Shown here piece by piece: positions 45,301-56,778 of a DNA stretch of 64,000 nt. The DNA is from Rhizaria sp. SCN 62-66 (Eukaryota): NCBI GenBank assembly GCA_001724265.1, contig MEDY01000275.1, forward strand, positions 1-64,000. Direction: 5' to 3'. The notes below the pieces were generated by a model. It had not been told where the DNA came from. It ran no database searches and worked only from the letters and a program-made list of their open reading frames with translations. How positions within the stretch are numbered: position 1 is the first letter of the stretch; each line of letters starts with the position of its first letter. Made by a program: the position numbers and the translations under genes.

Positions 45301-48300
45301 AAACAGTGGGAAAGATGCGGGCCGTGGTGTCGTTGCGCCGTCTCGCGGCACAGGGTTGGCTGTGAGTAAAGTATCCTACTGCAAGACGCCAGGCGCGGTA
45401 CATGACGGAAACAGGGACGCGCTGTGTCCGGTGACAGGCGCTCCACTTGGGACGTGCTCGGATGAGTCTACATGCGCGCGCTGCAGCTGTGCGTGGATGA
45501 CGGCCGAGATAGAGCTCACGGTCACGGTCACCGCGGCCTCTCTGCGGACCCTCATTGCCTCTCCAGTGACTGTAGTATCACACAATGCAGTGACGCGTGA
45601 TGCGGTGCGTGTGAGCGCGTACGGCCCGCGTGACGTTGAAACGGACTCAGATGCCGATTCTGATGATGACCAAAGCCATCACAAGCACGCTATCTATGAC
45701 AACGATGGTGGTGACAGCTATGGAGACAACAGCGATGCGCGCAACAAAGCTACTCATAATGGCCGCGCGACTGAGAGCGAGAACGTAACTCTGCCCGCTG
45801 CGAGCCCTCGGCCAGGAGACATTGTTTGGCTCTCGCTGCCTCTTGCATCAACGACAGTACATGCTAATTCGAAGTCTACCGCCAGTTGGATTGACGCGTG
45901 CACTCACTGGGGATGGCACACGCCCACAGGCGCTCCTGCATCAATTGCGCTGACAGCTGCACAGTCGCTGTGCGCCCCTGCGTGTCCGCCACCTTACCCG
46001 GCGCTTTCGGGGGCACGACCTACGGTCAACGCATATTGGGCTCATGTGCCTGATTCCGGCCACGAAGCGCATTGTGATCACCCCCAATGCAGCAATTGCG
46101 ACACAGGGAAACTTCATGTTATGACTGTGAGCGATTGCAACGATTATGCGACGGCGCACGATGACTTCGGCGATGATTATTCGTCAGAGGAGGCTCTGTC
46201 ACGCAATACGGTCAATGCACGTATGGGCGACTACGATACGTCCGGCAGGAGTATCCCCCGCGGCCGCAGCTGTTGCAGCGGGTATCTTGCGGCGAGCAGC
46301 AGTACTTCTTCGATGCATGCGGCGGAGCCTTCTTGCTTGCCGCCAGTGCTTGTCTGCCCGCCACCACTTGCATGGGCGCCTCTTGAAGCCCGCGTCAAGG
46401 AGGCGACTGTTGTGTCCCGTCCGCGTCGCGACTCTCGCTTTGATGATGAAACTGTGTTTGACGTCACATTAGCAGTGACAATGCCAGTTGATTATGCGCG
46501 TGCGTTCTGCACTCTCTCAAATCAACCCACTGATGATAGTTGCGAAATCAATACGAACACGTTTGCACCATCCCAACGTGGCATTGAAAACAACGACGTT
46601 ATCTCTGCTACTGCCACGCACGCTGCTTCTAACCAGTGCGACTGTGGTCTTCAATGCAATCATTGCGCACATTTAGCGGTATTGTCAACCGCAGCTGGTT
46701 CTGTTCCGCTTGGACACGCAGTCAATATTGCGCGCGACGGCTATGACCACACACCGGCAGCGAGCGCCTGGCCGACTGCGGTGGGAGCGCACGGTGGAGT
46801 ACATCGCGGGCCGGGGGTGCCTTGGGCTGCACACAGCGGAGTTGTGTTGGAGTGGGGTCCGAGCACCGTTACGTATCAACGCACGTGTGACGCTGCTGCT
46901 GTGCTTTCTGGTGCTATCACAACGTTGCCCGCTGCTGCATTGACGACTGCCACCACGTTGGCCCTAGACGGCGAGGCGCGTGTTGCGAACTCAGTTGCGC
47001 ACGCGCTCGCTGCGACATCAACATCGTATCCTTTTTATTGTGCCAGTCATTTCGCATCTGCATGTGAAGATGATGGCAACAAGAATAAGGAGTGTTGTTA
47101 CCCTCGCAAGAATGCGGCACTGCGAACGGCACTTAGTGCACTATCAGGCTGTTGCGACGCGCCTGAAAATGATGTGACGAATACGGGTGTTTTGGAGCTG
47201 TTGCAGCAACCCTGGCTTTGGCTGTGGCCTCCTGCACGCGCCGCAACATTTGACACCATTGTTACCCCTATCTTATCTCGCATTCTGCCCGAACTCTCGA
47301 ATGCGTTATCTGCACATTTTGCGACTCCTTACACCGTTGTCCCCAACGCATCAGCACTCGCCGCGGCAATCTTGTCGGGAATCGGGCACGCACTGGCAAC
47401 TGCATTTCGCGCCGGTTACTGGAACCGAGTCAAGATTACACTTCCTCTGCCGCTGCATGTTGTCGTTAATAGCACCGTCCATGCAACACCGGCAATGGCC
47501 CTATCGCTGGTGCTTGACGGTGTGGCGAGCTTAACGGACGCTGCTGTAAGTGCAAGCACGCGCAAGGGTTTTGGCGTACCCGACTCTGAGCCTGCAGTAA
47601 CTATGCTCGCCCTGTTGCCTTGCATTACGCCGCCGCGCTTTTTGCTACGCCCGACACCGATGCCCGCCGCTGCAGCAATGCGTGCCGATTGGACAACTGT
47701 TCTGCGCGGATTAACCTCCGACTGCGGCAACGAGAGTGTTGCGTTGAAAAATACTCTTGCATGGGAAAAGGCACAGGTTGCGTTAGTTTCAGCGACGCGG
47801 ACGGCTGCTTCTCTTATTCCTCCACCGCCGTCGCTAGATACTGTAGCTAAGCCAGCTACAGAGAACGCACCGATGTGGCGACCGTATCTTGACGCACTTA
47901 ACCTCAACGATTCGCAACGCGACGCAGTTCTTTCTCTTGTAACCCCACCGCAATCACGCGACATTTGGAGCATGGTAACAGCCGACGGTTCGGGGCACGC
48001 GGCATTGCCTCCACCACTAGCTATGATACAGGGTCCACCGGGCACAGGAAAGACTCACACCATTGCTGCAGCCGCGTGGCTCTGGATTCGCGCCGCCCGT
48101 CTCCGTGCCCCTGTTTGCTCTCCCACCGCCAGCGCAGACGGTGGCGAGGACAACACGGGCGGTGTGGCTGTCGCGGGGACTCGCGTTCTGCTGAGCGCAT
48201 ATTCGAACACGGCGGCGGACCTGCTAGCTGCGCGTGTGCGGACGGTCGCAGCTGCTGCAGACGCTGCCGCGAGGGACGCTTTGCGACACGCGAAGGCAGC

Positions 48301-51300
48301 GGCGCGGGACGAAGTTTTTGCTCGCGATGGTGATGATTCTTGTGCAGTTGCCGGACACGAGAACGACACTTTGCGCACAATGTCTGTTGCTCTTGGTCTC
48401 GATGACAATGACCGCACCGGCCCTGTTGAAGATAGCATTCTCACATTGTCACGTTTTTACCCATGTCCCCCTATCATACTGCCCCCACCTCTGCGCGTTG
48501 CTCGTTTCGTGTCTGGGTCTGTTCCCATTTCAGTGCTACTGGCGTCAGTGTCCACATCCGGCCCAAACGGCACGCTCCCGTACTGGGTTCCACAGCAGCA
48601 GCAACCAGTTACGCGGAGTCACGCTGTTCACACCATGGGATATGTTGATGCATCCGACTTTGACTTTGGCCCCTTTGTGTCTGCCGCGTTGCTTGCATCG
48701 CTTGCGGCAGATGCGCTTGGACAACCATGTCCTCATGTTGATGCTCGCACCACTCCCGCATTTGCGTCTGCTGCCGAAGCCGCTCTATCGCTTGCACATG
48801 CTGCGCAGTCGCTGTCGAGCGCTGTCCCGACGACGATGGAGTCACAAGCTCTGGCAGAGGTAACTGTAGGCGCCCCTGCGCGCGCTCTCGTCACACTTTC
48901 TCTTGTCGCGCGTGAAGCCGCAGCAGTCGCTGTGGCAGTTGCTGCAGCCCGACCTGTGTGCGTTGAGGCTGACGCGCTGTGGGGTGTACACGCGCACAAG
49001 AGCGCGGCATGGGCGCCGCGGCTGCGCCAAGGCGCAGAGTCGCTGCGACAGTTGCAGCGGCAGACTCGGACCAACGATAATGCTACCGCCCCGATCGCAA
49101 CGTTTGCTCCATGCTCAGTGCTTTCAGCGCCGGTTGTCGCAACTGTTATTAATGCTATCATCGCAGTTTCAGAGGACGTAGCTGCATTAGGTTGTAACGC
49201 CGCCCACGTTCAATTGTGGTCCCAACATCAAAATCAGCACACTTTATATCAGCACCACCACCCCCCGGTCTATGTACCGACGACGTTGTTGCCACTGACG
49301 ACCCAGCCAAGTTCCGCTGCCGCACCGATCTCGTCGTATTTGATTGCCCAAAGCCCTTTAATTTGGGCTGTGCTGCTTTCACTTCTCTTTGAGCGAGCGA
49401 ACGAGCGGCTGCCATCGATGCTGCGGACTGCTGCAACTGTTTTGTTGCAATCGGCCGACGTGGTGGTCACCACTTGCGCGGCTTCGGGCTCTCGATCGCT
49501 CAGCGAAGGCCGACCAAACACTGCTGCTCTTGCACTGCGGTATGAGCACGCTACTCTTGCGTCGTGGCTGTCGCGTGCACCGGGACACGCGGCGCGTGCG
49601 TGTGACTCCTCAGCCAGCGCTGAGCTCATCGCATGTCCGACTGCAGTTATGCAATCAACGCGCGCCACAACAGGTTCTGTTGATGCCGCTACTGAAGCCG
49701 CAGCAGCTGCAACACATCCTCTTCCGCCTGCCATCGGAGCGAACGTTGTCGCAGCGCCCTTCTATGGGTTTTCACTTGTGATTGTGGACGAGACATCGCA
49801 AGCCCCAGAGTTCACTCTCATGCTCCCACTTGCGCGTCTTGCTACAGCAACACTTGTGACACCTTTGGCGCTGACGCGGCGTCTTTTAGTTCTATCTGCA
49901 ACACGTGCACGACTTGTAGGCAATGATGTAGCCGTTGCTACAAATACAAGTGCATTATCCGAGCTACAATGGCTGCAGTCGCAGGGTCTTGTTAGTCGAG
50001 CCGGCTACGCGTCACATCACACCTCTCCTGCCGTTGCAGCAGCGTTGCAGACCGCACGCCTGCTTTGCTGGGGCAGCGCGGGCTCGGGAGCTGCAGCGCG
50101 AGCTGCTTTTGTTGGTGACCACTGCCAGCTGCCCCCGGTTGCAGGCGCAGGCGCAGGAGACGCAGGATTGCTTTGCCGCGCAGACGCTTCGGCTTTCGCA
50201 CGTCTTGCCTGTACTCCCGCCCTCTTCCCTTTTGCGAATGGTCGGGATCGGACAAGCACAGTGCGACCGACGTGCGTGATGCTGACACAACAGCATCGCA
50301 TGCATTCTGCGTTGGCTTCATGGCCGTCGCGCACGTTTTATCACGGTCGGCTTACCACGCCGCCTGGGCTTGACGAGGCTAGGCCACCTGTGCACGGTTT
50401 TATTTGGCCTAGAATCCGGCCTCGACACAGTAACGTCAACGTATCTCAAACATTACACCGCCAGCTACGTTACGATAGATTACAGCCGTAGTATGTGCCG
50501 TTCTTTATTGTCGATACATCTCAACCTTTTGCTCTGCCGCCAGCGGAGAGAATTGCTGGCGGCTTGTGGCAAGCGCTGCAACATGCACATGCAACACGCC
50601 GAGCACAGCATTGGCAACCCCCTCAGCACCGCGAATCTCGCCAGCAACGTCGACAGACAAGAGGTCATGGGAATGCAGATGCGAACGAGTTTAACCGTGA
50701 CGACGATTCTACTCGCACCGGAAATGCCTCATTACTTTCGGGTCACTGTCGCTCTGAAGGTGCAGGGTCTTTTGCAAACGACGCAGAGGCTGTATTGGCC
50801 GCCTTACTGGCCGCACACGCAGTATGTAGCACGAAAATCAACTCTGTCCCTCGTACACAACGCGATGGAATCGACGGTGGAGAGGGCGTGACTGTAGGCA
50901 TTGTCACCCCTTACGCAGCCCAGGCGTCACTTATTCGCAGCACATTGGCTGCTCTTGAGAGCACCGTTAGTAATGTATCGGTGCGTACGCAGGTTGAAGT
51001 GAACTCTGTGGACGGGTTTCAGGGGCATGAGAAAGACTTGATAGTCATGACGCTTGTGCGCGCGCGCAGCTCTACGGTTGGATTTGTTCGAGATGTCCGC
51101 AGGATGAACGTACGTGATTCAAAATCGGATTGCTGTAATAAGATATCATATTTTCAGGATTATTTTGTAGCTTCCTAGACTATATCACAATCTAAACACT
51201 AATTTATGCTTTTTCTTCGTTTCTGCTCGCTCTTCAATAGGTCGCGATGACTCGTGCTCGCCGTGGCTTAATTTTAATCTGCGACTGTGATACCTTTGGT

Positions 51301-51582
51301 CCTGCGTTTTCCGCTTCTGCTGCTATGACTGGCGCTGCTTTGTGGGGACGCTGGGGCGATGCGAGTGCCAGCTCTGTCGTTGCAGAACACTCGATAACTG
51401 ATTGTGCAGATGGAAATGTCAACGACCCCAGCCACCACACTGGCGGTGACGATGTCGAAGACGAAGAGGAGGACACCGGACGCACAGGTGAGTGGGCTCG
51501 GCTTATCGCACACGCTCGGCGTCATGGTCTTGTGCTGCCCGCTGCCAATCTGTCGGACGCGCTGGGTCCTGTGCTGTCATAA
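42397..51582 (+). CDS. Giant Upf1-like (DNA2/NAM7, SF1) helicase, 3 exons, ~2944 aa if two in-frame TAGs are read as sense
   Basis: Exons 42397-42760, 42981-51109 and 51241-51582 (introns GTAAGT...CACAG and GTACGT...AATAG). Motifs IQGPPGTGKT, VLLSAYSNTAAD, DVVVTTC, IVDETSQ, FVGDHCQLPP, QHRMH, GIVTPYAAQ, VNSVDGFQGHEKD, RRMN|VAMTRAR. In-frame TAG at 43700-43702 and 50489-50491. Terminal stop TAA. Confidence 0.85.
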
Positions 51583-52509
51583 CGGCTTGCATCTCGGCAT
51601 GATGATCGATATTGTGTTATGAAGATGAACAACTTTATGTCGAGTAGTCGTGTTATTTAGTTAGTGTCATTTACATTTCTTTTTATTTCTGTTTAGGATT
51701 TTATCGAGGAACTCAAATATACATTTCGTCGGTCTTTAAATTGAATTTGGGTGATTATCGCATCAAGAGATATGGGTTTTTGAGACAAACTCGTAATCAT
51801 AGCGTTTATTGCAGCATTTGTCCATTTTATGCAGAGATGCGACGGGATTGAGTTTATTGCTGTACGCATAGCCTGGTGTTAGGTCATTATCAAGACCGTT
51901 TTTTCCTGACCAGAAGAGGGTCACATGTGAAGCTAAGTAGAAGATATATATTATCATGATTCATTTCAAGGTGAATGCACAAGTTATTGTATTAAGTTAG
52001 CATGACAAGTTTGATTTGATTTTGAGTCGGGTTGCCAAGAGACAAATAATTTAAGTCCAAATGTCTGGCCAAAGTTTGAGCGGGGCTGACCCGGAGTTTG
52101 ATGTGACAAGGCAGCGAGCAAATCAATTATGAAGATATCTTGTTAGATATTGCTCAAACTCATGCCTCACCAAATGAGATAACATTTTAAGCGAGAAATC
52201 TGCTTATTAATATTTGCAAAGGCTCAGTTAGACTCATAATTCATGCGCTATGTCACTCAACGCATGTTAACGGATCCTCCATCTTGATGTCGCGTACCTA
52301 AAATTTACATACGTTCATAAAAGAGTTTTACTTCAATTTTGTGGTATCACCTATTGATTTACTTGAAGCTATTATCAAAAGCGTATCGCTAACAAAAACG
52401 AACTATATCCTGTGACTTCACGATTCTCTGTCATGTAAGCCTGCTCTCAGCGATAACATCATCAGGTTAGTCATTTAAGACGCGCTGATCGCGTGAATCA
52501 AGACAACGA

Positions 52510-55500
52510 ATGCAATATGCCCTGTCAAACACTTGCTCAAAGTGTTATCAAACACTTTCCGACGCAAATGCTCAATGCACAAGCCTTCAGTGCACTCTGC
52601 TAACTAAGGTTAGTGACTTCACAACTTGATGTGACACTCTTTCACTGCACTGTGATATTTGTTGATCAAACAGCTCAGGGTAACGCAGAAAAGAGCCCCG
52701 CAAAACACTATTAAAGAATATCTGTTGAAATTTGACTGACCTTTGTATTTCTTGATTCCGTCTTACCTTCCGCATTATTTAGCCGCAGATCTCCCGCCCC
52801 ACACCCACTTCACACGCAGTTCCCGTATCTGTTCCTGCCATTGAAGCTTACACCAGAGCCCAGAGCCACAGTACGGGCTTGCGGGTGCCGTTAATTAACA
52901 GCTCCAGCCTTGTTAGCACAGGTAGCGCACGCTCAAGCCCGAGCGCAAGTCCGACTCCGAACGCAGGTGTGAGCGCCAGCGCAGGCGCAAGTGCAAGTCC
53001 GACGAGCGAGGGCGTCAAAGCCAATGTGCTGACATTTCGCAACCATGGCAGCAGTTCAAGCAATGCGGGCTCCAACGACAAGACCAGCATTGACGGTGCG
53101 AGGATTCACACTACAAGTACTGTTAAAAGCAGCGCTAGCGAATCCGTTAACAGCAGTGCAAGCACCAACATGCGTAGCATCGAAGACCGCTACAGCAGCG
53201 ACGGGGGCCCTCAGCATTACGATATCACATCTGCGGCTGCGCCAAACACGAAGGCATTCACTCATTCTATCACCACTAACGCTGCTGCAGCTCTGTCAAT
53301 TCTCAACCCTTCTCTGCACAGAAGCCACGTCAAAAGTACGAGTGCTTATGCCGCCGCTGATCCTGTGGCCCCGACACCGGCTGCTGTGTCACGATAGTTT
53401 GGAGCCACCGTCACTGCTTCTGGGGACGACGCTGTCGAGTCAACCCAAGATGTACGTGTTTTATGTGTTGTGGACACGTATGATGATTGCATGCTCAAAC
53501 ACTTGGGTGACATCAAGAACGCGATTGTTTGTTGACGTATCCATTCTTAAATAATTCGCTAACTTAATCGTGTCTAATCTATTTATTTTTGATCGTAGGG
53601 TCTTATGTGTTATAGCCACGTTGTTCCCAAGCCAATCTCCCTCTGGTGCAAGACATGCTCTGAGTTTACATGCGCTACATGTATCGTTGTTCATGCCACA
53701 CACCCAGGTCATTCGATTCAGAGTCTGTCGCAAATTCGCGACAGCACAACCGCAGCCGCCAAGCAGCTGTTTCAACAGCTAGACGTAACAAAGAGTATTG
53801 TGAAGGTAAGCTGCATAGATTTACGACTAGAACTTTAGCATAGCTGAAACACAATCTTTTCTTAACCCGTAATAAGGTTTTGCCAGTCAATACTAATAGT
53901 ACAACACAATTTACCATAACTTAAATTTGAGCATTGTGTTGAAAATGTGAATGTTTCGTAACAGGAGCTAAACGATAACATTACGCAAACTGTCGAGCAC
54001 GAGTGCGCCGCTCTTGCGAACTACGCAAACAACAACCCCGCACTGTGTCCTTCGAATATTGCCGCATCCTTTGCCTCAAAGCTCCGCCTCCTTGCACGCC
54101 GCTGCGTTACAGTGGCTGCGTCTGCGCTTGCAGCCGGCGAGATGGGTGCTCGTGCTCTGTCGCCTCAACGCATCCACGCAGCGAACCCACGGGAGCTTGC
54201 AGCACTACAGATCGCCGCAGGAGACTGGGTGATCCGTACAAGCCCTGATCAGGCTCTTGAAATGTGGCGTCATTGTCTCAGCTGTTATCGCGTAGCCACC
54301 CTGGCAGCAGGCGTGCTTCCCCAGTCTCACATGATTTCAACAGTTCTTGACGTGCCCGTTTCATCGTTCGTGCCTGAATCTTCTGCGGTCGCGTTGCAGG
54401 ATGTGTACTACTGCGGCGTGCGCATTGCAGCCTCACTGCAGCGCGAGTGCGCGTGTGCTTCATCATCAGACCGTATTAACCATAACGCGTGCGCGTGCCC
54501 CATTGTTTGTACACTTAACGCACAGCTCCCGCCGCTGATGACCAAGCTTTACAGCGAAAGGTACGACCTCTTAAAGGCGTACGATGACACAGTTATATCA
54601 GCTAGCCAAGCACCAACGCGGGCCGCAGACTGCGCTGCAGGTAATGCAGCAGCTTCCGCCGCTGTTAACAGCCGGCTCAGCATAGACCCTGGTGGTCGTG
54701 AAGAGGCACTCGTGCGACAGGCTTTTGATGTGCCTGCGTCGTTAACGTTCGGCCGACTTACGTTCACGCTCACCATTACAACCACGCTGAACACTAACGC
54801 AGCAGCTTCCAAAGGTACTAATGCAGCTTCAAGGCCTGGCAACGCAGTGGTAATGCTCCGCACATCAGAATCACTTTGGCTCACCAGCGCTGGCGCGCAT
54901 TCTGCAACCGTCTCACTTGAACCAAGAAACGCCGTTCTTGCCACTCCCGATCAGCTTGGCAATTTGAACCCCGCCGACTTTAGCTCGTTAACCCCAGGAT
55001 TAGTCAATGGTGAGCGCGCGATGCGCGTCAGGCTTGAAGTCGGGGCGCCAAACATGATTCAGCACGCAGTGGCGCAGCAGATGTTCACTGACGCGCTATT
55101 GATGGAGCGTAAGTACGCCGCGCCAATGGAACAAGAGCAGATAAGGGGGGTGTTAGCAGGCGTTGACGCACAAGGAGGGCGACGGCCGCCACCGGTCGCG
55201 GGCACCGCCACAAGCACTCGTCCCGGCGCGAGGACTACTAATACTGCTGCTGCCGCGGCGGTTACTGCAAGCAAGAGCACAAAGACTACGCCTGTCGCTG
55301 TTCCCACATCCACCATGACGCACGCTCGCACTTCTGTTTCTCACACTGCCGCCTTCACGAACAAAGCATATCGCACGATGACTGACACGCCTGCGTCTTC
55401 TCCACCTGCTCTTGAGGACGTTCCTGTAACTGCTGTCGTCCCCAAGACCGCCGATGATAGTGCTGCCGCGGCAACAGTTACTCAAACTCCAACGCTCAAA

Positions 55501-56778
55501 GGACCCCGCACTGCTCATTCTGTGTATCTTGCACGCCAAAGCGCAACCAACACTGATGGCCTCTCGCATAACACGAAAGCAACAGTTACAACGCGTTCTC
55601 AAGATCCTGCTATGGGCACGGTAAGTCAAGCCCCTGCGACACGCAAATCCCGCCTCTCAGACCAACCGGGCACTACTGACAGCATTAAGAAGGAAAGTGG
55701 TGCCAAAGGCCTAACATTCACCAGTCACGATAGCACCGATTTTAGCGCCAGCTCTGCTGTGGGTCTTGCACCCTCAGTGAACACTGTAGCTACGGGTGAC
55801 ATTAACAGCAATGATGGTGCTCACGTTGCGCACACTGGCACAATGCTTCAGCAGCACACCGCGCGCCTGGAAGATTCCACCCAACATTTGGCGAAAATTA
55901 CAAAAACCTTAGGTGCGTTTGTCAAATCCGCTCTTGGTACTTGTAGGAAAGCCAATGTGAAGGATACGACTCACGCATAGGATGCACATATGCTTACAAG
56001 TACGGGGCGTGGCTTGCCAAAGCGTAGCCGCATGACAACCAATTCCGCAAGCGTTGAGGTGAGCGAAGAGGGGGTCTTGCGCGCGGCGCAGACTACCAAG
56101 GCTGGACGCAGTGTGCTGATCCAATACAACTGGGACAAAGCAGGTCGGCGTGCACGGAAGCGGAGCAGTGCTGAAGCGAGCCGCAGCATTAATAACAGTA
56201 GCGACGAAGACTCTGACGACTAGGATGATCACAGGAAAAAAAATTTCCAGAGTCAGTTCGACGCATTCGCAACAGCTGGTGATCTTGTTGGCTTGTTTAA
56301 TTTAATTCAAAACTACCACATAACTAGTGAAGCTCGTCTACATGACGCTTGTACATGCCCAATCCCCCCACGGCTACGTAACAAGCCTGAGAACCGGAAT
56401 CGCAGTGAGTTTGCGCTGCGTGCGTTGTTAGTCGAAGGGCGTGTGAGATCATCCGCAACCAAGCTGCGCGATAACTGGAAGTCGATGGATGATCTTCGGC
56501 GCAAACGGCTTGAGATTTACATCAAGTATGGCACTGCTGTGCTGATAGAGATGATGAAGCGCGAGGCGCAGCGCGTTGCAGAAGCACATGAACAAAACAA
56601 GACGGACATGCAGAGTCACAGCAGCCGTGACGGCGACAGCGGTGTGACTCGCAGTCACACAGGCGCTCTTGCAGGCACAGACGGCAAGGCTGTAGGTGGC
56701 TATTACCTGAAGAAAAACACTAGTTTTGGAGCTGAAATGAAGGATAGTGATGCTGATGACGAGAATGATGGGGGTTGA
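52510..56778 (+). CDS. B-box zinc-finger protein, 4 exons, ~1260 aa if three in-frame TAGs are read as sense
   Basis: Exons 52510-52608, 52789-53451, 53599-53805 and 53965-56778, all phase-0 joins (donors GTTAGT, GTACGT, GTAAGC). Exon 3 encodes CYSH-x7-WCKTC-x4-CATC-x6-HPGH (B-box pattern) followed by a probable coiled coil. In-frame TAG at 53395, 55978 and 56221. Terminal stop TGA. Exon 1 is the least certain. Confidence 0.72.

Noticed and set aside
43700-56223. Pyrrolysine or selenocysteine recoding
   Set aside because: Sec uses UGA, not UAG; Pyl is known only from archaea and bacteria; the sites are non-catalytic and no pyl genes are present in the window.
42397-56778. Helicase and B-box genes as ordinary pseudogenes
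   Set aside because: No frameshifts, no internal TAA or TGA, and intact catalytic motifs and splice sites over ~12.6 kb of coding sequence; all five interruptions are the same codon.
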